Under the pieces are notes generated by a model. It saw only the letters and a program-made list of their open reading frames with translations. It was not told where the DNA came from and did no database searches. A DNA stretch of 64,000 nt from Podarcis muralis (lineage: Eukaryota): contig NC_135670.1 of assembly GCF_964188315.1 (NCBI RefSeq), forward strand, positions 37,944,001 to 38,008,000, written 5' to 3'. The position numbers and the translations under genes are program-made. Within the stretch, counting starts at the first letter, position 1, and each line of letters starts with the position of its first letter. Below are positions 35,801 to 50,247 of the stretch, piece by piece.

Positions 35801-38800
35801 TTGTAGAGGAAAGGTAAAAGCCTTAAGCAGTTGTGTGTGTATGTCCCTATGTTTGTTTGTGTGTATTCATTCTATGGACTGTGTATCATCGCTCATTAGA
35901 TTAGCCCCAAGCAAAGGATAATTCTGAATAGGAAATCTTACCTGCCAAGGTTGCAGTTCTGGAGGATTGAGCCCACCTCTGCCTGCCACCATTCTGCTTT
36001 TTGGCCTGGATGAGTGCATCTGATGTAAAGAATGTGCAATGGCATAAACTGCATTATAGATACTGTAACTTTGGCCAGTCATGGTCATCTCAAAAATATG
36101 CCCAGGAAGGCTCTCCAGACTCTCATGGCCAGTGCAGGTCTTTGTGTTTTCCTTGTGCCCATTAGAAGCAGAAAATAAACAGTTGAATGCCTGTTGCCAA
36201 AAAGCCTGGAGGAACCCATCTCCATTTGGAGAGTTGGGGTTTAGGGTCTGAAGGAATTCTTTAAATCCCTGGACTTTCTCTGTGTGAATTGCAAAATACA
36301 AGGCACCATCAAAGACTTGTATATCGTAATATCTTTGTGTTGTTTCTGAAGTGAAAGCCCACTGGGCTGTCAAAACCCACACGGTGCCTATAGAATTCTC
36401 TTCAATATCTTCAGCTAATGAATAGAAATATTGCATCCATTTCACAACTGCAATGGTCTGAAGTTCTGCAAACATAACCAATATGTTGACTTCTGAGGCC
36501 ATCAGGAAAGAGGACTTGGCCCGAAGGAGTTCCAGGGAACTGAAATTATCTAGACCCTGAGATATGGCTGGTAGTTTTTCATTGAAAGCTGTACAAACTC
36601 CATGCTGGGAAAGCATTGGCACTAAGCTTTGCATAAAGGTCTCTCCATTTTCATCATCAGATGCCACAATTCCTACCCATGTCCATTGGAAATGTAGAAG
36701 TAGCATGACAATCCCTGCATATTGATATTTCTCATTGGGCACCGTTCGGTAGAATGCCTGGGGCTGCAACTCCGGGCTTCTCACTGGAGCTAATACGCAG
36801 TAAGCAATCTGGAGGAAGAAATCAACCCCACAAGAATTGGAGAGTTAGAGCAAATGGTTATGGTTCATTGAAGTATCTGCTTGAAGAACAAACCCATGAG
36901 AATTTCTCAACTCCGTTTATGGATGCATGTTGATTTCACAAGAACATTACGCATATCTCTAGCAGTTGTTGGTGCAGAGGAGGACCAGGGTTTCTCTGAC
37001 CTCTTGCAGCTGATGTTGTGCAGCTTCCTGGGAGCAGGAGGAAGACTCCTGCTGCTGCATTTGCCCAGTTCCAACCTCCCTGCTGCTTCCAGTGACACAT
37101 GGGAGACAAAGTCAGGCAAGCACCAAAGCCCCTCCACTCCCACCACTACTGCATAGCTCCCCCAGGTGCTTTTGTATCATTTTTTTTTTTATTTCACTTT
37201 ATCATAAAAATGAACCAAAGCAAAAGACAGCATTGAGAACCTAGAAGATAATTAATGAATCAAAAGCAGAAGAGATTCACAGCCCCCACACTTACTGTAC
37301 CTGTGGAATCTTGTAGATGCCTAAGACAGTAGCCATGTGGAGAGAGATGTCAGAGTCAAGTCCCCCAATAAAAGCCATCTTATTTTTCGTCTTCTCACAT
37401 ATAAAGTTGGGGACAATCCTTTCTGTGGTGGACAGAAGTTTCAGGGTGTTCTGATAAGTCAACCTTGCATTTAAGTAGCTGTCAGTGACGTGGAACCCAA
37501 AGGTCATATTCAGGAGGATATTAGGTTTCTCGTTTATTTCTTTCACAGCAAACACCAGGGAGAGGGTATTCTGGTAGTACTTCAGTGTGTCACTAATAAA
37601 AGAGTTATACTTTGTGTCAGAGGTATTCTCATCCTCTCCCTCTTAAGCACATAGGTAACTTTCTGGCTCTCTCTGGCAAATTCCAAAAGATTAAATAGAA
37701 CAAATAAGCTTACAAACAAACTCTATATCCATTTTATGTGTCAACAGTTGATAGTTGACCCCATGGACAATATTCAGTCAGCTTTAAGAATATTGCATCT
37801 AAAAAGCATTTAATTTTGTACAGAGCATTCATATCCTGAAACACACATATGTAAATTAATCTCTTATTTGCAGGTGTACCACTGGTGCCTAAAATTATGG
37901 GTCCTCACAGGTGGCTAAAGCAAACAGCTATTTCACTACTGCTGGGAGGGGGTACCTGGTTGCCACATCCTTCTCTTACCACTTTATTTCCTTTCAGCAA
38001 CCAATGGACACTTACTGGAAGAGAAGTTCCCAAGTCAGAAATTCTGACTTGTGCCTCTCAGATAATCAGTGCTTGGTGTAGGTGGGGAGTAGAGACCAGA
38101 GCACATCAGATGGAATAAGATTTATTCTTTCACAGTAACTGAGTCACCATCCTTCCCTCCTTCAAAGAAAATTGAGGCTGTACAAAAAATACTGTAGCCA
38201 ATGTTAGTCATACTTAGAGAAGGCCCATTAGGATTAATTGATCAGACTAAATTAGATTTATTAATACTCTGCATATAACTCAGTTTTGATACCCAATATG
38301 GTTTACATCAGTTTTTTACCCAATATGGTTTACATTGTATAGCAGAGAATATAATCCAGATTCTATGTTATTTATATGTCACATTCATCAGTGACTGTCA
38401 GATTAAAAGAGAGTGATTGTGAATATGAAAATCAAGCTTTGCTGCAAAGGAAAACAGATGTTAATGGTGTGAAAGGAAACACAGAGGGAGGATGAGGATG
38501 AAGTTAGGAGAAAGTGGTGAGAGCCATGGGATCAGGTGATGAGAAAGCAGAACAGGCAGAAGATAGAAACCTCAAGAAGCGGAATAAAGCAACAAAGAAG
38601 AAGATACCAAGAGCACAATGTAAAAAGAATAAAATATATGTTTAACATCCCTCCTTGATAAAAGTCACATAGAAACATGGTATGAGTATGCCATCATATG
38701 TTTGGTTTAATTATAGCTAACATGAGCTCACCAAGGGTACGCTATGAAGGATAGAGTTTTTTCCTTACAGAAGTTCATCTATAAGCTTTGTGTTTGGGTG

Positions 38801-39001
38801 CTCATGGAAATCCATTTCTTCAAATAAAAAGCCAAAATAGGTAACGATTCCTCCAATGATTAGGTCCCCTCTCTGATAATTCTGGTATGGAAGCTGGAAC
38901 GGCTCCATCATGGTGCATCCAGCAGAGCGTTCCTTGCTCTCAGTTGGAGGCAACTGAAGCCACAGGAAGAGAAGAATCTGCAGCAGAAATGTTATGACCA
39001 T
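32851..39001 (-). pseudogene. Vmn2r: V2R gene C, six exons (38769-39001, 37301-37592, 35942-36808, 34992-35219, 34121-34247, 32851-33770), with a +1 frameshift at the end of TM7 giving an aberrant C-tail
   Basis: All junctions are GT-AG and exons 1-5 are open. TTTGTCCCCCAAA has one base more than the paralogues (near 32937-32942). The ancestral stop at 32868-32870 is out of frame, so GCIF[11 protein letters not shown] becomes [17 protein letters not shown]. Confidence 0.8.
35548..35602. repeat. (TTTG)n microsatellite in intron 3 of gene C
   Basis: Direct reading. Confidence 0.9.
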
Positions 39002-40064
39002 CTTGGAGCCAACAGGGATGCCAAAAGTCAGATTTCTATCTCATCTACCATAAACTGCATTGCAAGAACTTTCATTGAACGACTCTGGATTATTTTGATA
39101 AAGGGAAAATGCCAATGATCTGATTCATGAAAACCTGCATCTTCAAAATTTCTCATGTGGGCTCTGAATGACACAGGATTTATTTTATATGCACTTTCAC
39201 ACTCTGATATTGATTATGTTCATGGCCTGATAAAATGTACATGGGGTTTGGCAAGATGGATGATGAAACCCAGCAATTTGAGATAATTACCAGTTTGAAA
39301 GTTATTGCCTTAGAGCATTGAGCTCTGTGACTTATAGTAAGATCAAAATAATTATGCATATTTATTATTGAGTAGTGCTCTTGTAATTTCGAGTGCCCCA
39401 GGCAAGCAAGCAGTCCAGCTGCAAACTGGATTCCCTGAAGGGAGCTTCCTAGTTTTTCCAACACTCTTCCTCAATCACATTTCCTCTAGCTGTACATGTG
39501 TCACCAATGAAGACATGATTTTCAGCATTTTAGACCCCAAAGATGCTACCTTGTACACCCATTAAGGGGAGAGAGAGGAAATAGTTAAAATAATACAGAT
39601 TCCAGTTGCAGGCGGAATACAGAGTGTTACATTTCCTTACAAAAGCCAGAAATGGTTAGTGTTCTGCTGTGGCAATAGTGTACCTTGATATCAGTAAAGC
39701 TTGTGAAGAAACTGGGGAAATGTGGGTTGAATGCGGGAACTGTTAGGTAGATTAGTAGCTGGTTGACTGACCGAACCCCTTGTGTTGCAGACAGGGTCAT
39801 GTCCTGGCCAGTTGTGCTCAAAAGCATTGCCACAGAATCAGTAATCAATTCACCACTTCCATAATTGCGTCCTCACAATTTCTCCCAAAGGAGCTCTTTG
39901 GGGTTGCTCCAGATCTTTTTTATTGTTTACTTGTTAATTCTTGAATTATTTGTTTACTTGTTGATTCTTTAATTTCTAGGGACATGAGTATCCCAGATTT
40001 ACGTAAATAAAACAGCAATAACAGACACCTAGAATTACAAGCATGATTCAGACTTCTGGATTAT

Positions 40065-43000
40065 TTAAAACTGTCTTCTTATTAGCTGTTCCCTGCTGTT
40101 CAGCTCAGGCCTCAGTAAAATAACATAGCATTTGGGGATAAAGATGCAGCCCAGTAACCCACAACTGGAGGCCAAGATGGAGAAGATCTCCACAGCCACC
40201 ATGTATTTGCCCTTGGTGCTCAAGTAGGTTGGAACAAAGGAGAGCCACACACTGCAAAAGACCAACATGCTGAAGGTGATGAATTTGGCTTCATTGAAAC
40301 TGTCAGGCAACTTTCTAGCTAGGAAAGCCACCGTGAAGCTGACTATGGCCAGCCAACCCATGAATCCCAGGACACAATAAAACATAAGAGTGGAGCCTTC
40401 ATTACACTCTAGTATTATTTCTTCAGTCATTGAGTCCATGTCAACGTCTGGGAAAGGAGGAGAAGTTGCCAGCCATATGCTGCAGATTGTGGCTTGAATA
40501 AGGGAGCAGGAAAGAACAATTGGGGTGCCCAGTGGCTTCCCTACCCACTTCCTCATTCGGGACCCTGGCTTGGTGGCCATGAAAGCTAGAACCACAATGG
40601 CAGTTTTGGCCAAGATGCAAGAAATTGCCACTGAGAAGATCAAGCCAAAAGCAGTTTGTCGAAGGAGGCAGGTGACTTCCTCAGGCTGGCCAATGAAGAG
40701 CAGAGCACAAAGGAAGGAGAGCAGGAGGAAAAGGAGGAGAAGATAAGTGAGGTTGCGGTTGTTGGCTTTGACTATGGGAGTATCTCTGTGCTTTGTGAAT
40801 ATTTGAAGCACCAAAGCTGTGATGCAGGAAAAGAAGAGGGCAAACGTGGCCAAACTGATCCCCAACGGTTCTTCATAAGACAAGAATGTTTTGTCTTTGG
40901 GGAGGCAGCCATCCTGTTCATTGTTTGCATATTGATCTCCAGGGCATTCTGAACAGTCGTCCATGTCTGAAAAAGAAAAAGAAATAAACATCTTATTTTT
41001 AAAAAAGTTCTTCTGTCCCCAGATTGTCACAATGCACCTAAGAGATACCAGAATGTATATTTGCTACTTCCATGCTGTTTTCCCACTAGAGAAAGGAGCT
41101 TCTGATGCACAGGTAAAATTAAAATGTGTGATGCATTCCTTACCCTCCTTGTTTGAGATCTTCCCTTCTGGACACGGAAGGCAATCATAGCAGCAGAATG
41201 GCTTTCCTTCCTTCTTGTTCTTTCTATAACCTACATGACAATTCTCATTACACAGAGAAGTGGGTTGTGCCTGTTCATAAATGAAAGAAGGAAATCGTTT
41301 GGAAGTTTGCATCTCACTGACCTATCTTCTAATAGTAAACATGACGGTTAAGCAATAGATCTTAAATCCAGCTCTAATTGTAGCATTGGAACTTTGGAAC
41401 TTCCTATAGGTTTTTTGTTTTATCTGAAGATGATCTTAAATTCAGCGCTAATGGTAGCATTGGAGCTTCTACCATTATTCCAGTACCTTTGCCTTTATGA
41501 AAACCATATTGGTATGTTTTTGAACTTCTTCGGAGATTAGCATGGCAATATCTTCTCAAATTAGAAAGTGTTCAGGTGAAAGCTTATTCGGTCAGTATCT
41601 CATGAATATAGAAATTGCTCATATATTTTTGACATACACTTGCATTCAAATTTATCAAAATTCTGCCTTGTCCAGGTAGTTTAGCCTCTGTTCCTTTAAC
41701 TTTGAACTTGCAAATTATGCTTCCAATGGTTTATCTAGGAATATTCAGTACCTTTGCTATCTTTTGTCTACTTGTATCCTTGTTTGTGAAGGACGATGAG
41801 CTCTTCTCTTACGCGGGTTGCGCTGTGGGTAAAACCTCAGCGCCTAGGACTTGCCGATCGCATGGTCGGCGGTTCGAATCCCCGCGGCAGGATGCGCTCC
41901 CGCCGTTCGGTCCCAGTGCCTGCCAACCTAGCAGTTCGAAAGCACCTTTAAGCGCAAGTATATAAATAGGGACCGCTTACCAGCGGGAAGGTAAACGGCG
42001 TTCTGTGTGCTGCGCTGGCTCGCCAGATGCAGCTTGTCACGCTGGCCACGTGACCCGGAAGTGTCTGCGGACAGCGCTGGCTCCCCGGCCTATAGAGTGA
42101 GATGACCGCACAACCCTAGAGTCTGGCAAGACTGGCCCGTACGGGCAGGGGTACCTTTACTTTATCCTTGTTTGTGAAGGGCGATGAGCTCTTCACTTAC
42201 TTTCTTATATTATTCTCCTAACTTAGAAATATGGCTCACATACAGCAACATTTGACACTCAACAAACCCCTTGCAAGGTATTTCATGTGTTCTAGCTCAA
42301 GCACACCTGTAGCCCTTGATTAGTTGCATCAGGTGTGCTTGAGACAACACCTGTTGTATTTGTGCTGTTCTGATGGATTCTATTCAGGGGGTGAATAACA
42401 GTGAGACTGGAGAAGCCAGTTGAAGTTGCATTTTCAGCTGAATTTGGGGAAACCACTTGAAGCATCCATTGAGTTGAGCTATTTCAATTGCTTTTGCAAA
42501 GAGCTGAAATTTTGAAAATTTTGATAATAAACCTGATTTGCAATGGAGGTTGAATAATTTTGATTGCAACTGTAATTGTTTGCTTTTGATGGATTCTTGC
42601 AGTGCTGTTTGCTTGCAGAGTTACCGTCTTCATCACCTGCATGTGTCTTAAAATTTACTTTTGCGGAGCCAGGTGCTAAAAATAATAGTTTGTACCTGCG
42701 GTTTCTGTGAACATTCACTGTTAATCATTTAACTCTGCAGCCAATGCAAGGGAATGTGTTTTGTATGTTTACCATAATGCTGCAAACCAATGAGAAGGTT
42801 TAAATAATAGATTGACTCTGCCTGGAGTAATTGTGGGGTACAAATTACGGCTGTGGAACAGATTTGGCCAAATCCCAGATTGAATTGGGCTGATTCTGAA
42901 GGAAAGGCAGGCAGCATCTGCAAAGAGCAGCACAGAGAGCTCTTTGCAACAGAGCTTTCAAATAGCCCCACACTGCACTTTTCCAAGCAGGGGGACACAA

Positions 43001-46000
43001 GCAGTCAAATTGAGGAGGATTGAGTCTGCTAGTGAGTAGAGGTTCCAATCCTGCTGGTTGCAGGGGTCTTCTTCACCAGTTGGTTCCAAGCCAGATTAAA
43101 TTTTTGCACTTTTGGCCATATTGTCTAGATAATAAACCTAGAAATAAGATAGCTTTCCTTTTATCAGTGCTATAGCCTGATATTTCCTTCACAGATCGAG
43201 TCTGATTCTGATAATTGATGATTCAATGTGTTGCAATGAGGCAGTTTTTGGACACTTAGCAAAAAACTAGAGAAAACCCTGAATAAATTCTTACTTGGTT
43301 GAACCAGTTGGGCCACATGATAACATCATCATGAATAGTTAACCTCTTTTCTGGGGGAGCTTGTGGGTCCATTGTTCCAACTTTGACTCTCAGAAAGGAC
43401 TGATTTGGGAATGTGACCCAATTTATTACATCCAATCCAGCTACTAATTCCCCATTTTGGTCAAAAGAAACTTCTTCCCCAACACTATTATTAAATGAAA
43501 CTCTTCCCAGAAAGTGGTGGACCTAAGTTTGAAGAGGAAAAAAACAATTAATGAAGTTGCCAAAAATGATTAAATATTAGTAATATTCGTACAAATAGAG
43601 TGCTTATCTTTAACATTTAAGAGCTATAGTTTGTGGTCCATTTAAAAGTTGTATCTTAGTGTTTTTCTTTCTCTGTTTTTAATGAGTCTCTTCTTCAAAA
43701 ATGGATGGAGCTAAAAAGGAAAAAGGAATTAATGAGCAGTGCTATTTTCTAGAAAAAGAGGTGCTGGAACTCACCACAAACACCTCCCTTGTTCCCTTGG
43801 AATAGCAATGGTGACCTCCTGCGAGGGGAGAGAACTGAGTTCCAGCTGAAAAAAGACCTGCTCATGAGCATATACAAAAGAGCAACATTGTGGAACACTA
43901 TATTCATTTTAAATGTTTTGTGAAGGACACTTTTAATCGTAGCAATGTTTTTTGTGGTGGTGAGATGTGGTTCTTTTAAGAATTACAGTTAGTCTTGGCC
44001 TTAATTTCATAGAACTTAGACCACAAATATGAGACAGGACGTTCCTTCAGATAGGAGGATAAGATGTGTAGATAAGCTGCTCATCACTTTCCGGGGATAC
44101 AGTGCTGCCTTTGTACAAATAGTGATAGCATGATATTGTGTACCTAGCCATCTATAGCCATATTTTGCTATTCCAAGGACAAGTGAACCCACTTTAAAGT
44201 GATGGCAGAATTTCATCCATTATGTTATCCTAACCATTAGTGGATAGTCATTTCCTCCCCGAGAGGAAAGAGGAAAGCCAGTGCCCCCACATCATTGTCC
44301 TGGCCATGTCACACCCGCCAACCAATCCAGTCAGCCGGGGGGACGTGACTTGCTGCATTGAAGTGGCCACGTGGCTGGGGATCACCTTCTTGGTTTCAGG
44401 CCTTCGTTGTGGCCTTAATTCGCCCATTAATCTAAAATACTGGTGTCCATGTGTTTTATTATTCAACAACTGGGCCTTGACATGCAATGAGTTTCCCCTA
44501 CTGACAGAGGTATTCAAGAAAAGTCCCTCCTTTGGCTGAGCTCCAGAGTTGATTACAGACATCTGTATTAACTGGAAGACAACATTACCTGCCATGGCTC
44601 TTGATCTGTAAGTTCCCATCTTGCTCCAGCTGCCATTGCTCTGCAGTTTAATTTGGTGGACTGCATGGTGTGCAAAGCATGTGCCAAAATATAGATTGCA
44701 TTGTAGATGCTGTAGCTGTGGGCTGTCATGCTCGTTTCAAAAACAGACCCAGGAAGGCTCTCAATATTCTCCTCCCCAGTGCAGAATTTGCCATCTTTCT
44801 TCTCTGAAGCAGAATCATGAAAACCACAGTTAAATGCCTCTTCCCAGAAAACCCTGAGAAAACGATCTTCTTTTTCCAAAGGAGGCTTTCTCATCTGAAT
44901 AAATTTCTGGAATCCTGGAAGGTCCTTAGAGTGAACTGCAAAGGATAGAGCCCCATGGAGGAATGTGATGTCCCAACCTCTTTGAAAGGGAAATGAGGTG
45001 AAATCCATCTGGGCTGTCATAATCCAGATTTTTCTGTTTCCTTGTATTGGCACATCATTCATTTCTGCAAGCCTGGGTAGCGTTCTCATTCCCATAATTG
45101 TATGAATTTCACCATGTACAACCACAGCATTGGCAGTGCTTCCCACAATAACGTTCATGGTTTTTGAACCTTCTTCCACCATTTCATCAAACTCACCAGA
45201 AGAGGTAACCTTAGGGAAACTTTCTATGAAATCAAAGCAGATACCCTTCTGGGCAAACATGGGGAGAACATTTTGTACAACTCTCTCTCCAGTGTCATCA
45301 TGGAGTTGAAAAAGCACACCAATCCACATCCAGCGGAAATGGAGCAGTAACTGGAGGAGCCCCTCGTATTGCTGAGTCCCATCTGGGAATATCCAGTGGG
45401 TGAAAAGGGCTTGAATGTCATTATTCGTCACAGGAGAAGAGCCATAGATGAGCTGAAAAGGGTCATTAAAAAAATCAAGGGAGGAAAGGAGATAACAAAT
45501 GCTGATCTCAAACCACCAATTAGACTCAAAACCAGGTTTCAATCTCTATTTAATTGGTATATATTAACCAGGGGGATTCAGCTTTTTGGTTATTTCTGTT
45601 AATTTAGAATTTGCAGTTTGGGGAAATACTTGGATATTAATGTCTTTTCATCAAATAGAAGAATTATGCAGTTATGTTTATGGCAGAATTTGCTGCCCTT
45701 CATATCTAAAGGAGGTTACAGGAAAGAACAGGTAAATAAATGCTTGTTCATAGAAAACCCTGATAAAGCTTTCTCATCTGAATAAATTCCTAATAATGAT
45801 TCCTTGAGTTAACTGCAAAGGATAGAGAACCACAGAGGAAAGCTATGTCCCACGACCTTTGCATGGAAAATGATATGAAATCCACCTGGACTGTTCTATT
45901 CCAAACTTCTGCCTTGGTTTGTATTGGTGAATCATCTGTTTCTGCAATATTGGGCATCCTTCTCATTATAATGTTGTGATCTCCAACATTCACACTACTC

Positions 46001-49000
46001 CTAGGAGCTGAGGCAGTTTCATCCACACCAATGTATTTTTGAGGGGGCTGAGCCCCCTCAATATTCAAGGGGCATTTGGCTCCTCATGGCATCACACGCA
46101 TGACGTCATGAGGTCATGATGTCATGCACATGGGCCCCCTCAATCCTCGTAAGAAGATGGCACCTCTGCAGGATCCTGTCTGCTTGGGTCTCCTTCCAGT
46201 CAGGAAGGGAGAGATCTTCTAGAAAGAGAAGACACCCAAACCCGTTAAGAGGGCTGGAAACTGACAGAAAGCACTACCTTGTATAAGAACCAAAATCTGA
46301 AACTGTAACACCTATGCAATGTGGTTTAAGAAACTGAAGTAATGAAAAATGGAAATGAGCTGATTGTTTACCAATTGTAACATCAAGCTGAAAATAAGCA
46401 ACTGCCATTTTAAATAAGCTGTACGTTCACTACCTTCTTTTGAAGCCCGTAACATCCACTAAATTGAATATTAATAAGTTAACTGTTTCCTGAAAGAACT
46501 TTATCTCCTGATGCATCTTTTGTCTTACCAACTTTATTCTGCAAAATAAATCTTTCTTATTTGTTCAACTTCTGCCTGCTAGATAGATCACACATGCTAG
46601 ATAACCCATGGTGGTTATAGAGTTTTACAGAGGGGGATCTGCTACAAAAGGATTCAAATATTATTTATTTCTGTTGATTTGGAATGTTAAAGTTATATTG
46701 GGAAATATATAAGTGATTTTTCAGCAGGCATAGCAAACACACAGTTGTGCTACCACAGGCAGCAAACGTTTTGTTACAGTCCTGCACAGGAGTAAAGTGT
46801 CCAATGAGGAATTCTTCCACCTGAGTTTTTAAGGAGGTGTAGAACTGAAGCAGACACATATTTTTGGTTGATAAACACCAACCTATGCCCACTATTTGCC
46901 ATTCCCTTGATATTTTATTCCACAAGATGTTGAATCACAAAAACATTCAATTACCAGCATGCAACCCAATGAGACTTAGTCAAACGTCTTTCATTATGAT
47001 CCATGTTCCATGCAGACCTCTTACTCTTGGCATCTTGTACATAGACAGGATGGTTGACATGTGGAGACATAAATCAGAGTTTGGCCCCCCAATGACCGCC
47101 TTTGGAGTCTCCTGAACATCACACTTGTAGTTGGGAAGGAGTCTTTCTTGGCTAGAGAGAAGGTCCATGGAGGCTTGGTAGGTCCAGCTTGGACTGAAAT
47201 GGCTGTTATAGATGTGGAAACCCAGAGAGATATTGGGCAAGATTTGGGGATCTTCGTTTATCTCTTTTACAGCAAATGCCAAAGCCAGGATATGCTGGTA
47301 CAGTTGTGTCACTGGCCTGTATGGAGAGTGACATAGTGCGTAACAGTTCACCTTCACCAAAATGTGTGGATATATTGAAACATGAAGCTGGATGTTTTGC
47401 TTCCTTGAACATCTAACTCCTAGCATGGCTTTCAGTCCTGCTAAATGCAATCATCCATGTCCAGATACATGCACATGACACCACATCTCACAGGGAGGTG
47501 CCTCCACCCCACCTCACCCCCACCAATGCCTGGCCTCCTGGGGCTGCACAGTGGTGGTGTCTTCTGGTGATAAACTCTGTGAGCTCACAAGATCTTAGGA
47601 GATCTCACTAGGCACCACTGTGGCAGCCATGGCAGCTGTGCAATGGCAGCAGCAGGAATTCCCTGACCCAAGGCTGCTGTTTCTATTTACCTCACAGCTG
47701 GTCTGGCCCTGATTGCTACTAGTTCTGTTCTATGGAGGAGGAGGAGGAGGAGGAGAAAAGTCTGGTTAATGGGATCATCTTACTAGATGGTCCTGGTTGC
47801 GGGCAGGGTCTCAACCAGGTTCCCCCCCACCCTGGCGTGGGTGGAGCTATTGCACACATGCCGGGGTGGCACCACAACTGCCCAGGGCTATTGCCCAATC
47901 ATGTCAAAGGGTGATAGTGGGGGGAATCATAAAAGTGGCAGCGTGACCTGTGCCAGGCTCCTGCTTCGTGCTGCCGAATACCCACCTGCCCTCCCTTTAA
48001 TTTAGATCGTTTGGCCTTGTTTTGGACTTTGGTTGGTTGCCCGGCTTGAGTCAGGAGCCAGGTAGGAATTTTTCCATTTGGTAAATTGGCATGGGCCACT
48101 TGGTCTTTGCCCACCTCTTAGCAATCATCACAACTTTGTAAGGTTTGGCGGTTAGGCATTGGCTTATGGTGAATGGGGGAGGGCAGGTTGGCCATCGCCT
48201 GCCCCTCCAGTGTCAAGGGTATTCCGTTAAAGGAATCCAGGGCCTGGTTCCTGTCTGAAGTCCGCTTGAAGGGTGAGGGCCGTGCCAGGCCGCTGGGAAC
48301 ACCAGGGGAGATGCAAGCGGGTTCTCCTGAAGCAATTTCCCTTTGGGTGGTTTACCCTTACAGACTTCCTGCAAAGGGGGCAGGAGTCAGATATAGTCTT
48401 GCCAATGCCGAAGCCAATACTGCTCTCATTCCTGTAATCAATAAAGTTGTGGCCAAATTCTTGCCCAAAAACCTTAAACAAAATATCCGTGTCCGTGTGA
48501 ATTTATTTATCTTAATGGGGGGTCTGCTTGAGGGTCTTGCCACACAACCAAAAACCTCTAATCTGAATGAATTACCACTTGGCTTTGATTGAAGTCAAAT
48601 ATTAAATAAGAAATCCTTCGCTCACCATGGTAAATGAGCGGAAAGCCTTAACAAAGTGAATGGGGATGTTACTTTTTATGCTGCCTTGCAAACTTTTTAA
48701 AACAACTGTATAAGCCTACCATATAAGAAGAAAAAGGTTATCACACACTGCAGAAGTCAGTTTGAGATATGAGATCTGCCGCCATGTCTCATAAACACCA
48801 GAACTACATGGAAGGGAAAGGGTAATCATCATACACTAGTGGCCAATATTGTGAAAACATTTTGGAAAGTACGTCTGTATCTCAGGCTCATAACATCAGT
48901 ACTTTTTATATTAATACCATAAATATATATATCATTAGAATGATAATCTAATGCAGAATATAATGCAACAAACAGTGTTGAATTATCCTTATTCTATCAA

Positions 49001-50206
49001 AGGTTATAGACCTACACTGACTTGCTGGATCATGACCTTGTCATTGTGAGTGGGCTTGCATGTTCCTATGACCCTTTTGAGCAAAGCCATCGGGAGTCTC
49101 GTAATCCCTGCAGGGCAGTGGCGTAGCGTGGGGGGTGCAGGGGGGGCCGGCCACACCGGGCGCAACATCTGGGGTTAGGGCAAATCCACGGGTTAGGGGG
49201 CGCAAATCCACAGGTTAGGGGGCGCAAATCCACGGGTTGGGGGCACAAATTACTTGCCTTGCCCCGGGTGCTGACAACCCACGCTACGCCGCTGCTGCAG
49301 GGTCACCCAAGGCGGTAAGGTCCAAGGAAAGGAGCTAGACAAAGAATGATCCAAGAAGTTCTCAATGGCAGGACAGACAGAAGATAACATTTGCATGTTA
49401 CAACGGCTGTGAAGGCGGATGGAGGCTGCAGCACATAAGAACCTACTGGTCATCATGAAATTTATGCCATCGGAACAGAGCCTTACTGCAAAAACTGTGC
49501 ATTGGTCTACACACATAAAACAAATTATGCTCCTGGGTGATTCTAATGCAAGAGTTAGGAGAGATTTCAATCTGTGGCCTGGGACTATTGGGAAAGAAGG
49601 AATTGGCAGCAGCAACCAGAACGGAATCTTACTTTTGATGATATGTGCAGTGCACAACTTTCTTATTACCAACACAAACTTTCAACGCAAAAAAATAAGA
49701 ACATCATGGAGGCACCCTCGGTCGAATCCCTGGCATCTCTTAGACTATGTAGTTGTCCAAACTGAAGATCGTTGTGATGTACTCCTTACCAGAGCTATGA
49801 CAATTGCTAGACAGATCATCCCATGGAGTAAAGCAAATATTTTAATTCACCAGGTGTTTTAATGAGAAACCAAGATTGTATGTTTCTAAAAATTGTGCTA
49901 TAAATCCTTGGTTGCTTCTGACTAAAAATTTTCTTTAATCACCTCCACAGACTTTCTGTTGGATTCAGGTCAGGACAATTCAACACAGTTTGTGGCATTA
50001 TATTCTGCATTAGATTAACTTTCTAATGATCTACTTTTGAAGTTCATTCTAATGGTATACTGTTCTTATAAGCCGTCAAACCTTAGAAATACAGTTTTTC
50101 CTAAAGTTTACCACAATTTTGACCACTAGTGTAATGAGCATCACCTTCATCATATGTCAAATGCAGAAATATATTCATTACAGATATATGATACGGTTTT
50201 TAAACA

Positions 50207-50247
<41 letters not shown>

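Noticed and set aside
43295-43522. Apparent absence of exon 4 in gene E, since no ORF is listed in the track
   Set aside because: Manual translation shows an open 228-bp exon with AG/GT ends. It is missing from the track only because it has no early start codon.
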